Source: Lachnospiraceae bacterium
GTDB lineage: Bacteria; Bacillota; Clostridia; Lachnospirales; Lachnospiraceae
Direction: 5' to 3'
NCBI GenBank assembly: GCA_017461045.1
Contig: JAFTZJ010000047.1
Coordinates: 12,218-76,217 of the forward strand
Length of the DNA: 64,000 nucleotides
Part shown: positions 1 through 9,771 of the stretch, one piece after another
How the letters are laid out: every line of letters starts with the position of its first letter
How positions within the stretch are numbered: the first letter of the stretch is position 1
Notes under the pieces: model-generated
The model's database searches: none
What the model was told of the DNA's origin: nothing
Seen by the model: the letters and a program-made list of their open reading frames with translations, nothing else
Made by a program: the position numbers and the translations under genes

Positions 1-237
1 CATTGGTCCAAAGTATACCACCCGGTCACCAAACTCCTTATCATTTCTTAAAAATGTTGCTGCCAAATGCTCAATGGTATGCATCTCTGCCGTATTCATA
101 ACCGGTTCAAAATTCGGTCTCGTCATACGGATATCAAAGGTGGTAACCACTTCTGCTCCGATGTGGTCTTTCCGGGACACATATACCCCCGGTAATAATT
201 TCAAATGATCAATTGTAAAGCTTGCGATTTTTTCCAT
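1..237 (-). CDS. luxS: S-ribosylhomocysteine lyase LuxS, N-terminal 79 codons (gene runs off the left edge)
   Basis: My translation of the minus strand is [79 protein letters not shown]. It has the LuxS HTxEHL metal-site motif and stops at the conserved GPM(GC). The ATG (235-237) overlaps the mtnN stop by 1 nt (TAATG). Confidence 0.85.
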   Translation of the reverse strand, partial: MEKIASFTIDHLKLLPGVYVSRKDHIGAEVVTTFDIRMTRPNFEPVMNTAEMHTIEHLAATFLRNDKEFGDRVVYFGPM

Positions 238-929
238 TATGCATTCACCACCATTTCCATCATTAATTTTACAGAGTTAGCAATTGCCATTGCCTCAAAG
301 GTTGGATAGTCCATGCTGGCACTGTCATCTGCTTTATCCGAAATCGCACGAATAATTACAAACGGAATCTGATTCAAGTATGCCGTCTGTGCAATTGCCG
401 CACCTTCCATTTCACAACAATATGCGTCAAATTCTGTAAGAATTGCTTCTTTCCGTTCCTTCTTGGCTATGAATTCATCCCCACTGGCAACTCGTCCTTG
501 GAATACGCCAATTTCCGGAATTACCTTCTTGCAACATTCCACTGCCAGTTCTGCCAAACGAGCATCTGCCTGGAATGCCAACGTATCCATTCTTGGAATC
601 TGCCCCAAGGGATATCCAAATGCAACTGCGTCCATATCATGCTGAACCGCATCTGTAGAAATTACAATATCTCCAATATTAATCTCTGCCCGTAAAGAGC
701 CGGCAATACCTGTATTTACAATTCCGTCTACATGATAATCATCCGCTAAAATCTGTGCACAAATTCCGGCATTTACTTTTCCGATTCCGGAACGAACCAC
801 GACCACTTCTTTTCCGCCAATCGTTCCCTGATAGAAATCCATAGACGCTTTGGTCTTCACCTGTACCTGCTCCATTTGTTCTTTGATTTTTGCAACTTCC
901 TCATCCATTGCTCCTATAATTCCAAGCAT
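237..929 (-). CDS. mtnN: 5'-methylthioadenosine/S-adenosylhomocysteine nucleosidase
   Basis: 230 aa. The N-terminus [12 protein letters not shown] and the [10 protein letters not shown] and ISD motifs are typical of Pfs/MtnN. It is coupled to luxS downstream. SD GGAGGAAATT lies upstream. Confidence 0.9.
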   Translation of the reverse strand: MLGIIGAMDEEVAKIKEQMEQVQVKTKASMDFYQGTIGGKEVVVVRSGIGKVNAGICAQILADDYHVDGIVNTGIAGSLRAEINIGDIVISTDAVQHDMDAVAFGYPLGQIPRMDTLAFQADARLAELAVECCKKVIPEIGVFQGRVASGDEFIAKKERKEAILTEFDAYCCEMEGAAIAQTAYLNQIPFVIIRAISDKADDSASMDYPTFEAMAIANSVKLMMEMVVNA

Positions 930-990
930 AATTTCCTCCTATATCTTCTGCACTTGCTACATGACAGAATCATTGTTTCGTTAATAATTT

Positions 991-1019
991 ATTATATCAA
1001 ATCCCCGTCTTTTTGAAAA
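991..1019 (-). promoter_or_regulatory. Putative sigma-A promoter for mtnN-luxS
   Basis: The minus strand reads TTTTCA, a 17-nt spacer, then TATAAT preceded by TG (extended -10, TGATATAAT). It sits about 60 nt upstream of the mtnN ATG. Confidence 0.45.
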
Positions 1020-1040
1020 GCCAAGACCCTATTACGCCAA

Positions 1041-1080
1041 AACAAAAAGGTTGCCATAGCATTTTAGCCATGACAACCTT
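1041..1080 (-). terminator. Rho-independent terminator, minus-strand specific
   Basis: The 14-bp stem (1047-1060 / 1067-1080) is fully paired on the minus-strand RNA with two G-U pairs. On the plus strand the same positions are C-A mismatches. On the minus strand it is followed by TTTTTGTTTT. Confidence 0.6.
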
Positions 1081-1168
1081 TTCCCATCTCATACATACTT
1101 GATTATGTGCATCGAATAATCAAATATGCATCCTGTTATTGATTTTCCCCTAGCACGAAATCAATAAC
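1041..1168 (-). ncRNA. Candidate ~125-nt structured small RNA or leader (promoter, three hairpins, terminator)
   Basis: An extended -10 (TGcTATAAT, minus strand, 1175-1183) is followed by hairpins at 1136-1167 and 1099-1123 and the terminator at 1047-1080. There is no ORF of useful size. Confidence 0.3.
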
Positions 1169-1299
1169 CGAACCATTATAGCATCTGATGTGCTTTCTTT
1201 TTCCTTTTCAACAGAATTGTACCTGTTTTTCACATTTTTGGTCACTTAAGCAGGTCTTGGGTGTTCATTTAGCCCTATTCACTTATTAACATCACTAGA

Positions 1300-1328
1300 A
1301 AATGAGCTGCTTGTACCACAGCTCATTT
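1300..1328 (-). terminator. Possible weak minus-strand terminator hairpin
   Basis: Perfect 10-bp stem AAATGAGCTG / CAGCTCATTT with a 9-nt loop. The minus strand continues TTTTC; the plus strand has no T-run. Confidence 0.3.
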
Positions 1329-1645
1329 CCCATGCTCTCTCGTGATTTCTACTTTCTTATCTCGTTTCTCATCCCCCTTACTCCATTATATATATACCTT
1401 TCAATTCCCGGAAATTGACACTCAAAATAACTAATTATGTGAATTTCAGGGTTAAATATGCTGTTTTTGATATTCGACCTCTTGATTCTGCTAATATTAT
1501 ATCAACTATGCAATTTTGTAGGCGGCTCCGTCATAACTAACAGCATTCTTTGCATAAGTGCTAAAAAGCCGCCCGGTTAACGACAAAATGCGACTTTTTT
1601 CGGTTTACTTTTAAATTTTCGAATCAAAATAAGTGAGGGATTCCT

Positions 1646-2410
1646 TTGCTATCTGTCTATATATGTGAGGATAATCTTCTACATTTAAATCTATATAAAA
1701 CTATGATTGAAAACCTGATTATAATGGAAGAATATGATATGACCCTCCGAGCAGCCGTATCAGACCCGGACGAATTATTGTTTCTTGCTAAGCAAGAACG
1801 GACCCGGTTTTGCAATAGCGGTTTTTATTTGCTGGATATTGAACTGAACTCACATATGAATGGTTTGGAACTGGCTCAAAGAATTCGGGAATTTGATTCC
1901 CGAGGCTTTATTGTATTCCTGACTGCTCATTCCGAGCTTGCATTATCACCTTATAAGTATCATTTAGAAATAATGGATTTTATTCCTAAGGAGAAACCTT
2001 GGCATATAGGGCTGCGACTTCGCATGTGTCTGGATACCGCCTCCCAACGATACTACAAACAGGCACCATCACCTATCGTTACATTTAAAACCGGGTGTCG
2101 CACTATTTGTATAGAGGAACATGCTATCCTACTGATTGCATCTTCCTTTACTCCTCATAAAATTCTGGTTACTGACCACAATGGAGTCCGAGAATTTTAC
2201 GGTACACTAAAATCCTGTTCTGAGTTACTTTCTTCCGACTTCGTCCGCTGTCATAAAGCCTTTATTGTGAACATAAGACATATTGCAACCATTAATCACA
2301 CTACCATGACTATCACCCTCACAAACGGGGATAGTTGCATGGTTTCTTCCAGAGGACTCCGACAGGTTTTAAATGCCATTCATGATTCCGGTTCTTCCGT
2401 TGCAAAATAA
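1646..2410 (+). CDS. LytTR-family response regulator (receiver plus LytTR DNA-binding domain), no adjacent kinase
   Basis: 254 aa with a TTG start after SD GTGAGGGA. The receiver has acidic CEDN and the phospho-acceptor context YLLDIEL. The C-terminus is LytTR-like (FVRCHKAFIVNIRHI). Confidence 0.8.
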   Translation: MLSVYICEDNLLHLNLYKTMIENLIIMEEYDMTLRAAVSDPDELLFLAKQERTRFCNSGFYLLDIELNSHMNGLELAQRIREFDSRGFIVFLTAHSELALSPYKYHLEIMDFIPKEKPWHIGLRLRMCLDTASQRYYKQAPSPIVTFKTGCRTICIEEHAILLIASSFTPHKILVTDHNGVREFYGTLKSCSELLSSDFVRCHKAFIVNIRHIATINHTTMTITLTNGDSCMVSSRGLRQVLNAIHDSGSSVAK

Positions 2411-2459
2411 AGAATAAGTTGTTATAATTTTGGTGGAAAATCAGTAGGGAGGAAGAATT

Positions 2460-2702
2460 ATGACATATAAGACCCAGGGCGTTTGCTCTTCACAGATTTC
2501 ATTTGAAATTATTGATAATAAAGTATGTAATGTGAAATTTACCGGCGGCTGTAATGGTAATACCCAAGGGGTTGCAGCTTTGGTTGAAGGTATGGATGTC
2601 AATGAAGCAATCAAGCGCATGGAAGGCATTCGTTGCGGATTCCGTTCAACCTCTTGTCCGGATCAATTGGCAACTGCGTTAAAGCAAGCCATTGCACAAT
2701 AA
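2460..2702 (+). CDS. TSCPD-domain protein (TIGR03905-like)
   Basis: 80 aa with GVCSSQISF, FTGGCNGNTQGV and CG..STSCPDQLA motifs. SD GGGAGGAAG lies upstream. Confidence 0.75.
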   Translation: MTYKTQGVCSSQISFEIIDNKVCNVKFTGGCNGNTQGVAALVEGMDVNEAIKRMEGIRCGFRSTSCPDQLATALKQAIAQ

Positions 2703-2726
2703 TTTGCATAAATCAGGAGGAAATTA

Positions 2727-3794
2727 ATGAAACGAATCATTCTAACCGGCGGCGGTACTGCCGGACATGTTACTCCGAATATTGCTTTGATTCCTCGATT
2801 GAAGGAAGAAGGCTACGATATTCACTATATTGGTTCCTATGATGGAATCGAAAAAAAATTAATCGAAGATATGAAGATTCCTTATCATGGTATTTCATCC
2901 GGCAAATTGCGCCGATACTTTGACGTTAAGAATTTCTCAGACCCATTTCGTGTTGTTAAGGGTTACGGCGAAGCTGCCCGGCTTATAAAAAGTCTAAAAC
3001 CGGATGTAGTATTCAGCAAGGGTGGTTTTGTATCTGTACCGGTGGTAATGGCGGCAAAGAATCACAAGGTTCCTGCTATTATTCATGAATCTGATATGAC
3101 ACCGGGACTCGCCAATAAGCTTTGCATTCCATGTGCAACGAAGGTTTGCTGTAATTTCCCGGAAGCAATGGAACATTTGCCAAAGGAAAAGGCGGTGCTA
3201 ACCGGTACACCAATTCGTCAGGAGTTATTCAAAGGGGATCCTCTTGAGGCAGTAAAATTCACCGGCTTAGATGCCAACAAGCCAACGATTTTAGTTGTAG
3301 GCGGTAGCAGTGGTAGTGTCAAGGTAAACGAAGCTGTTCGGGAATGTCTGGATGACTTATTAAAGAACTATCAGGTTATCCATTTGTGCGGCAAGGATAA
3401 GGTAGATCCGGCATATGATAACCGCACCGGATATGTACAGTATGAATATATCAAAAAGGAATTAAGTGCCTTACTGGCATTTGCAGATATCGTAATTTCC
3501 AGAGCCGGCGCCAATGCCATCTGTGAATTACAGGCATTAGCCAAGCCAAACGTATTAATTCCCCTTGGTTCCAACGCCAGCCGCGGCGACCAGATTCTCA
3601 ATGCTGAATCCTTTGAAAAGCAGGGCTTCAGTTATGTAGTATTAGAAGAAAACCTTACGAAAGAATCCTTACTGGAAGCCGTTCAACAGGTATATGACAA
3701 ACGGGCCGATTATAAGAAAACTATGGAAGCCAGTCAGATGACCAATTCTATCGAAAAGATTATTAAACTGATTAATCGGGCTGCGAAACTGTAG
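2727..3794 (+). CDS. murG: UDP-N-acetylglucosamine--N-acetylmuramyl-(pentapeptide) pyrophosphoryl-undecaprenol GlcNAc transferase
   Basis: 355 aa with the N-terminal GGGTAGHV motif and GT28 layout (VVGGSSGS, ISRAGANAICE). Confidence 0.9.
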   Translation: MKRIILTGGGTAGHVTPNIALIPRLKEEGYDIHYIGSYDGIEKKLIEDMKIPYHGISSGKLRRYFDVKNFSDPFRVVKGYGEAARLIKSLKPDVVFSKGGFVSVPVVMAAKNHKVPAIIHESDMTPGLANKLCIPCATKVCCNFPEAMEHLPKEKAVLTGTPIRQELFKGDPLEAVKFTGLDANKPTILVVGGSSGSVKVNEAVRECLDDLLKNYQVIHLCGKDKVDPAYDNRTGYVQYEYIKKELSALLAFADIVISRAGANAICELQALAKPNVLIPLGSNASRGDQILNAESFEKQGFSYVVLEENLTKESLLEAVQQVYDKRADYKKTMEASQMTNSIEKIIKLINRAAKL

Positions 3795-3874
3795 ATAAAG
3801 CCGACACAACTTCGAAAATTAGATGTCACTGTAACCAAGCCGGGAACTGTCTGTAGCATTGCAATGAATGTTAT

Positions 3875-3926
3875 AGGCTGTCGTTCCAAACAATGAATAG
3901 CAATGCATTGTTTGGAACGACAGCCT
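3875..3926. terminator. Bidirectional terminator hairpin between convergent murG and the ABC ATPase gene
   Basis: Perfect long inverted repeat AGGCTGTCGTTCCAAACAATG ... CATTGTTTGGAACGACAGCCT, followed by CTTATTTATT on the plus strand. Confidence 0.65.
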
Positions 3927-3931
3927 CTTAT

Positions 3932-4906
3932 TTATTCCTTATGATACGCAATCCGAATAATATCATCAATGGTCGCTTCTTCTATTGTTACGTCCTTAAT
4001 AGCAATCTGCTCTGAAATCTCCTGTATCAACTGTGCCGCAGTAATGTCCTTTTTCATAAAGCGGTACTTACCAATGTTTTCTTCGTGGAAGAACAATTCT
4101 GCCTTAGGATGTTTAACACAGGTTTCGTCGTAAAATTCCACAATCAGATTCTTATACGGCGCAATCCGATCAATCAGTTCATTCAAAGGACCATCTTCAA
4201 TCAGCACACCATGATTAATAATAATCAATCGTTCACAGAGTTCTTGAATATCACCCAAATCATGGGTTGTTAAAATAACCGTTGTGCCCTTTACTTGATT
4301 AATCTCCTTGATGAATTTCCGAATGGCATACTTTCCGTCTACATCCAAACCAATGGTTGGCTCATCCAAAAACAGCACAGACGGAGAGTGTAACATAGCT
4401 GCTACCAAATCACCACGCATACGCTGTCCCAAGGAAAGCTGCCGCACCGGTGTATTGATAATCTCATTAATACCAAGAATATCGTTCATAATTTCCAGAT
4501 TTTCTTCATACTGTTTCTTATCAATCTGATAAATGTGACGCAGTAGCTCGAAGCTTTCTCCTAAACGCAAATCCCAGTTCAACTGACTTCGTTGTCCGAA
4601 TACTACACCCAAATCCTGTACTACTTCCTTACGATTCTTCTGAGAATTCTTCCCATTAATTAACACCTGACCACTGGTTGGTGTAAGGATACCGGACATC
4701 ATTTTAACCGTAGTACTTTTACCTGCACCATTAGGTCCGATAAAAGCTACGATTTCGCCTTTTTCGATTTCAAAGTTCAGGTCACGCACTGCATGAATTA
4801 CTTGTTTTTCGTTGGTTATTAAGTTCTTTACCGCACCCTTTAGACCTTTGCCCTTCTTGGCGATTTTATAATCCTTTACCAGGTGCTCTACCTGAATCAC
4901 TGCCAT
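3932..4906 (-). CDS. ABC transporter ATP-binding protein
   Basis: 324 aa with Walker A GPNGAGKST, signature LSLGQ and Walker B LFLDEPT. Confidence 0.9.
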   Translation of the reverse strand: MAVIQVEHLVKDYKIAKKGKGLKGAVKNLITNEKQVIHAVRDLNFEIEKGEIVAFIGPNGAGKSTTVKMMSGILTPTSGQVLINGKNSQKNRKEVVQDLGVVFGQRSQLNWDLRLGESFELLRHIYQIDKKQYEENLEIMNDILGINEIINTPVRQLSLGQRMRGDLVAAMLHSPSVLFLDEPTIGLDVDGKYAIRKFIKEINQVKGTTVILTTHDLGDIQELCERLIIINHGVLIEDGPLNELIDRIAPYKNLIVEFYDETCVKHPKAELFFHEENIGKYRFMKKDITAAQLIQEISEQIAIKDVTIEEATIDDIIRIAYHKE

Positions 4907-4921
4907 AGTGAACTCCTTTCA

Positions 4922-5737
4922 TTAATTACCTGCACTCTCATACTTCGTCAGTCCCCAGCGGAAGAATAACGCCGCCACAAGGAATGTCAGCACTCCAACG
5001 CCTAAGGTTACCCATATCGCACCCTGCCATGCAAACCGACCATTTGCCACACCCACCAATTCCGAAATCGGATAGAAGCTAACCCAGCCAATGGGAATCA
5101 GATACGTCAAAACCAACTGAACCCCTTCCGGATACATGGTAAGCGGATACATAGTTGTTTTATCAAAAAGTTCTTGGGTGTATGCTCCAAAATCATTAAC
5201 GCTCTTTGTGAAAAACGAGGTCGTACCAATAATCAAATAAATTGCGCCTCGAATAAGGGTAGCCCCAATCAATAATGCCAGAATCGCCAATACCCGATAA
5301 ACACTCCATTCAAATTCAATCTGAATACAACCGTAAACAAACACACATATTCCCGGAATCAAATCCGTAATTCCAATTAGATTGAAGCCGGTGAAAAAGA
5401 ACTGATACAACACATTCATGGGTCGCAACAGATAACGGTCAAATTCTCCTTCTATTACGTAGAAACCCATAAACCAACCTTGGACAAAAAATATCATGGA
5501 TAGGGCATGGGAAATAACAGATAATCCATATAAGAATGCCAACTGACCATAGCCCCATCCCGCAATGGTGCCAAACTCTGCTACCACAAATTGAATGGTT
5601 GCAAATCCAATCAGAAATTGAATCGGGTTTGATAACAACCAGCCAATCATATTCGCCGGATATTCCAAGGTCGTAAGAATGCTCATTTTTAAGTTTTCCA
5701 AGGTCACTCGCCCATAATGTTTGATTGTCTTGAACAT
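4922..5737 (-). CDS. ABC-2 family transporter permease
   Basis: 271 aa polytopic membrane protein, adjacent to the ATPase and to a paralogous permease. Confidence 0.6.
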   Translation of the reverse strand: MFKTIKHYGRVTLENLKMSILTTLEYPANMIGWLLSNPIQFLIGFATIQFVVAEFGTIAGWGYGQLAFLYGLSVISHALSMIFFVQGWFMGFYVIEGEFDRYLLRPMNVLYQFFFTGFNLIGITDLIPGICVFVYGCIQIEFEWSVYRVLAILALLIGATLIRGAIYLIIGTTSFFTKSVNDFGAYTQELFDKTTMYPLTMYPEGVQLVLTYLIPIGWVSFYPISELVGVANGRFAWQGAIWVTLGVGVLTFLVAALFFRWGLTKYESAGN

Positions 5738-5740
5738 CTT

Positions 5741-6547
5741 TTATCCTCCCTGCACCATTACTTTTTTCGTAACTCTGCTCTGCAAGAATTGGAACACTCC
5801 AAATAGTACCACAGTCCAAATAAATTGGATGCCTAATCTTGGCAATAGCTCTGCTGTCTCATATTTTCCAATGTAAATATCCAACGGCAATTGGTATATG
5901 TACACAAATGGTAGCAGATTCAGAATATTGCTTAACCAATCCGGGAAAAACCACATTGGAATAATACTACCGGACAACAGACGAATTAAATGCTTCTTTA
6001 CCTGCAACATCGGATCCATATTAATAGCCGTAAATGTCCACATGGAAAAGCATGCCGCTAAGAACCAGTTAATAAAAAATGCCATAATCAGGCTTATGAA
6101 AAACAACAAAAATGCTTCCATACTAACCGGCTTCGGAACAGCGATGCAAAGACTTCCGATGATAAAAATTGGTATCATATTCTGCACAATTAAGGCTGTC
6201 ATATTCCCCAAATCTTCAAAGAAATAAATACTGAACAGGTTAATAGGCTTCAGCATATCCGTAGCAACTGTTCCCTTTTTCACACTTTGCATTACCCGAC
6301 GCTCAATCCCTGTCATAAACACTACCGACATTAAGGAGGACATAACGGTGTACACCAGCATGTCCTCCACATTTACTCCCTGTACCGTTTCCTGTCCTGC
6401 ATACAATGCTTTCCAGAAGAATGCAGATGCGAACATGGTAATACATTGCATAACAATATTTCCATACACATCAAACCGATACGCCAGACTTTTCAATATT
6501 CGCGTTTTATATACATAGAAATACGCACTTCCTCTTGCTCTGTTCAC
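5741..6547 (-). CDS. ABC-2 family transporter permease
   Basis: 268 aa polytopic membrane protein, 3 nt from the downstream permease gene. Confidence 0.6.
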   Translation of the reverse strand: MNRARGSAYFYVYKTRILKSLAYRFDVYGNIVMQCITMFASAFFWKALYAGQETVQGVNVEDMLVYTVMSSLMSVVFMTGIERRVMQSVKKGTVATDMLKPINLFSIYFFEDLGNMTALIVQNMIPIFIIGSLCIAVPKPVSMEAFLLFFISLIMAFFINWFLAACFSMWTFTAINMDPMLQVKKHLIRLLSGSIIPMWFFPDWLSNILNLLPFVYIYQLPLDIYIGKYETAELLPRLGIQFIWTVVLFGVFQFLQSRVTKKVMVQGG

Positions 6548-6613
6548 CTTGCTCGCCCTCCTTTCTTCGCGCTTTCATTTCATATCATACTGACTTCAAT
6601 TATAAATGTCTGC

Positions 6614-7486
6614 TTAACCCTCAGCCTGTGATTCTGCTTCCGTTCCTACTGCAGCTTCCTGAAACTTCTTCTTCAGTATCAGAATTACAATCACAGAAGC
6701 AATTGCAACGATAGTTAAGAAGCTATAAATGATTACATATGACGCACCAGTCGAAAGAATATCACCTAATAACTCCGTAGACATTCCTTGAACTAGCGGA
6801 ACTATAAAGTCAACCATCGTATGGGCTCCCAAGCACATCAGAACTCCCTTCCAAGGCTTCTTCTGACTTACAAAATAACAAACAAGCAAACTCAAGGCTA
6901 AATGGAATATCATGGTTAAGATTCTCTCATATCCGGCTAACAAAAACACCCCTGGTTCTGTATTAATCAATCCATTCTTGGTAACCTCAAGTATCAATAC
7001 CTGAGAATGCGCACCCGCACTTTCTGCTTGTTTCAGCATGGCATCAAAAGCTCCGGTATTAATCATAATTGCATAGATTAGATTATTCACATAAGTCATG
7101 CCAACAACTACAATGGATTCAATACCACCATGACCTAAACCTGCTGCCACACCCTTTTCAAAGGTCATGTTCTTGCTTAAAATCTTTGCTACAATAAATC
7201 TTCCTGCCACTTCAAACAATCCGGCCGTCAATGCGAGAAGCAAACAGTACAGCACATAGAATCGGCTGCCAAATTCCTGAAATCCCGGAAGCAGTGAAAG
7301 TATGTTTAATAATGGTGTACGAATCATCATCTGGAATACGAAGAATCCCGCAGCTCCCAACAGCCATGCGACCCAGACACCTTTCCCCTTGTTCTTAATA
7401 CCATATAACACATATATTGCTATAGGTAATAAGAGTGTAATGCATAACGTGATGCACATTGTAATAAAGCTTCCAAATCCTACCAT
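6614..7486 (-). CDS. Polytopic membrane protein, YhfC-like intramembrane protease family (tentative)
   Basis: 290 aa, multi-TM. The GLFEVAGRF and later H-containing helices resemble YhfC/CPBP-type motifs. The assignment is from memory only. Confidence 0.45.
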   Translation of the reverse strand: MVGFGSFITMCITLCITLLLPIAIYVLYGIKNKGKGVWVAWLLGAAGFFVFQMMIRTPLLNILSLLPGFQEFGSRFYVLYCLLLALTAGLFEVAGRFIVAKILSKNMTFEKGVAAGLGHGGIESIVVVGMTYVNNLIYAIMINTGAFDAMLKQAESAGAHSQVLILEVTKNGLINTEPGVFLLAGYERILTMIFHLALSLLVCYFVSQKKPWKGVLMCLGAHTMVDFIVPLVQGMSTELLGDILSTGASYVIIYSFLTIVAIASVIVILILKKKFQEAAVGTEAESQAEG

Positions 7487-7511
7487 AATAATCCTCCCTT
7501 TATACCTTATG

Positions 7512-8837
7512 TTATTTCAACATAGATTCGTCCTTTTGTCGATTTGTGTAATACGTTTCTTCTACTTTTTCTCTGATATCCAAAAATACATCTACTAACA
7601 ACGGTTCAAAATCCGTCCCCCGTCCGCCCTCTATAATCGAGAAGCATTGCTCCAAGGGCATGGCGTCCCGATAGCAACGTTTCTCCGATACCGCATCAAA
7701 TACATCCGCAATTGCCATAATTCTGGCGCAAAGAGGAATCTCTTCTTTTTGCAATTGATCCGGGTACCCTTTGCCGTTCCATTTTTCATGATGATGCCGC
7801 GCCACTTGAAATGCCATATCCCGATACTGTGTATCATTCAGTCGTCCAAAGGTATCCTGAATAATTTTTCCGCCACTGACAGTATGTTGCTTCATTTCTG
7901 CAAATTCCTCATCCGTCAGCTTTCCCGGTTTCTGTAAAATCACATCCGGCACCGCAATTTTACCAATGTCATGCATAGGTGCGGCTTTCGCCAGATTCTT
8001 AATATAATCCTTCGTTAAAACATCCTTATAGTATCCGCGATTCCGCAACTCTTCTGCCAGCATTTTCGCATATATGGTGGTGCGCCGTACATGGCCTCCG
8101 GTATTGTCATCCTTATTTTCAATCAGGGTTGCGAATCCCATGACCATTTCACTGTGATAGTGGGACAACTCCTTCCGGGCCGGGTCTGCTTCGTTCATGT
8201 AGGCTCCCAGAACCATAATCGTTGTTGCCACTGCCGTAAGAAGTACCTCCGGCTCTATCATCTGATATCCCGTTACAACTGCCAATACTAAAAGATATGT
8301 AAAAATACTGGCTCGTTTATGACGCTCAATATAATTCCATCGGCGGAAGAATATTATTATAGAAAAAATAATATAAATTGCCGCCATAACAAAGCAGGTA
8401 TATGCAGAAATTCCCATAGAATAATTCGTTATTGCTCCCTGCCGATACTCTAAGGATTGAATATTCAGCACAACAACCAATACATTCACAACAAAGGGAC
8501 TATACAACAGAATCCGCCCGCCTTCCCGCTTCGGTAGACCTTCTGTTATGGAAAGCACATACAAAAACATGAAAAAGATAACCGAATCTATACTTATCAG
8601 GAAGAATAAATGCAGCACCTGATTCAATAGCGGCGGCACCTGTTCCAAATGGTTAACAGTATACGCCGTTGCACCATCCAGTAATAAAGACCCCGTTGCC
8701 AATAGTAATAATCCATCAAACAACATAGGCTTATGCTTCTTCTGAACCCGCCAGCTTTCTCTGTAATAAATGAATCCAATATATAAGACAATGATCAAAC
8801 AACCAATTTGTAACTTACTATGTTCAAATCCCATCAC
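7512..8837 (-). CDS. Membrane-anchored HD-GYP domain c-di-GMP phosphodiesterase
   Basis: 441 aa. A roughly 220-aa multi-TM N-terminus is followed by HD-GYP motifs (MHDIGKIAVPD and HHEKWNGKGYP). Confidence 0.85.
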   Translation of the reverse strand: MMGFEHSKLQIGCLIIVLYIGFIYYRESWRVQKKHKPMLFDGLLLLATGSLLLDGATAYTVNHLEQVPPLLNQVLHLFFLISIDSVIFFMFLYVLSITEGLPKREGGRILLYSPFVVNVLVVVLNIQSLEYRQGAITNYSMGISAYTCFVMAAIYIIFSIIIFFRRWNYIERHKRASIFTYLLVLAVVTGYQMIEPEVLLTAVATTIMVLGAYMNEADPARKELSHYHSEMVMGFATLIENKDDNTGGHVRRTTIYAKMLAEELRNRGYYKDVLTKDYIKNLAKAAPMHDIGKIAVPDVILQKPGKLTDEEFAEMKQHTVSGGKIIQDTFGRLNDTQYRDMAFQVARHHHEKWNGKGYPDQLQKEEIPLCARIMAIADVFDAVSEKRCYRDAMPLEQCFSIIEGGRGTDFEPLLVDVFLDIREKVEETYYTNRQKDESMLK

Positions 8838-8883
8838 TTACGGCTCCCCCCTTTTTACATACTTTTTAATATCATTCTTCATA

Positions 8884-9543
8884 TTAATCCCTACTCTCCA
8901 AATAGTTCCACACATCTGTCAGACTCCCTAAAATCACCTCTGCCAGTTCCCGCATTTCCTCCGTGGGCTCCGCCATATCGGGCACCATAATCGGGCGCAA
9001 TCCTCCACTGTGCGCAGACCGGATTCCATTATAAGAATCTTCGATGGCAAAAGCCGATTCCGGCTCTACCTGCAACAACTCACAGGCTTTCAAGAAAATA
9101 TCCGGGGCCGGCTTACTTCGCTCCACCATGTCACCACAGACAACTTCATTGAAAAATCCCAGAATACCTGCATCCCGCAGTTCTGCAAGTACCACTTCTC
9201 TTCGGGTAGAAGATGCCAATGCAATTAAGATACCCTGCTCTTGCAAATTCGTCAGCAGTTCTACCACGCCCGGCTTCATGGGAAGACGTCCGCCATCATA
9301 ACGACTATGAAATAAATCTGACATTTCCTGTTTATATTCATCGTATGGAAAATCTGCTCCGTACCGCTTCAGCATCTTTTCTCTGGTAGCAGTCCGGTTT
9401 AATCCCAAGCATTCCCGACATGCAACTTCAATATTCGGAATCTCATACTTATCGGCAATTACCTTCCAACATTCCACCACTAATTTTTCCGAGTCAAATA
9501 TCACTCCATCCATATCGAATACGACTGCCTTATATGTCTTCAT
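8884..9543 (-). CDS. HAD-superfamily hydrolase (beta-phosphoglucomutase-like phosphatase family)
   Basis: Motif I is VVFDMDGVIFDS and the late motif is EDSYNG. I trimmed the start to MKTYKAV (ATG 9541-9543) because SD GAGGA precedes it; the track ORF extends to 9651. Confidence 0.8.
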   Translation of the reverse strand: MKTYKAVVFDMDGVIFDSEKLVVECWKVIADKYEIPNIEVACRECLGLNRTATREKMLKRYGADFPYDEYKQEMSDLFHSRYDGGRLPMKPGVVELLTNLQEQGILIALASSTRREVVLAELRDAGILGFFNEVVCGDMVERSKPAPDIFLKACELLQVEPESAFAIEDSYNGIRSAHSGGLRPIMVPDMAEPTEEMRELAEVILGSLTDVWNYLESRD

Positions 9544-9677
9544 AATCCTCACGCTTCCCTTTATATATCTTTTACTTGAGTTCTTCCGATTCCTTCCCTG
9601 ATTTTCTACACTTATACCATTCATTTTATTACATTCCATGAATAGAATCAATTGTTCTTCTATCCCACTTTTTTCTA

Positions 9678-9706
9678 TTTACATCGAACACACGTTCTGT
9701 TAAGAT
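9678..9706 (+). promoter_or_regulatory. SOS promoter with a LexA (Cheo) box in the spacer
   Basis: TTTACA (9678-9683), a 17-nt spacer, then TAAGAT (9701-9706). The spacer contains CGAACACACGTTCT (9685-9698), close to the Firmicute LexA consensus CGAACnnnnGTTCG. Confidence 0.6.
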
Positions 9707-9771
9707 GAGTATACCACAGATTTTCTTCCAATGCCATACCCATTATATATTTATCGAAAAGAGGTGAGCCC

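Noticed and set aside
5439-5819. A 126-aa minus-strand ORF overlapping the junction of the two ABC-2 permease genes.
   Set aside because: It is an alternative frame across two convincing membrane-protein genes, with no SD and non-protein-like composition.
8884-9651. N-terminal extensions proposed by the ORF track for several genes: 8884-9651, 14946-15998, 20243-20971, 28134-29615, 34764-35375, 39724-40146, 40763-41392 and 62860-63105.
   Set aside because: In each case an internal start codon is preceded by a good Shine-Dalgarno sequence at proper spacing and gives a family-typical N-terminus. The longer version overlaps the upstream gene or lacks an SD. The starts remain predictions.
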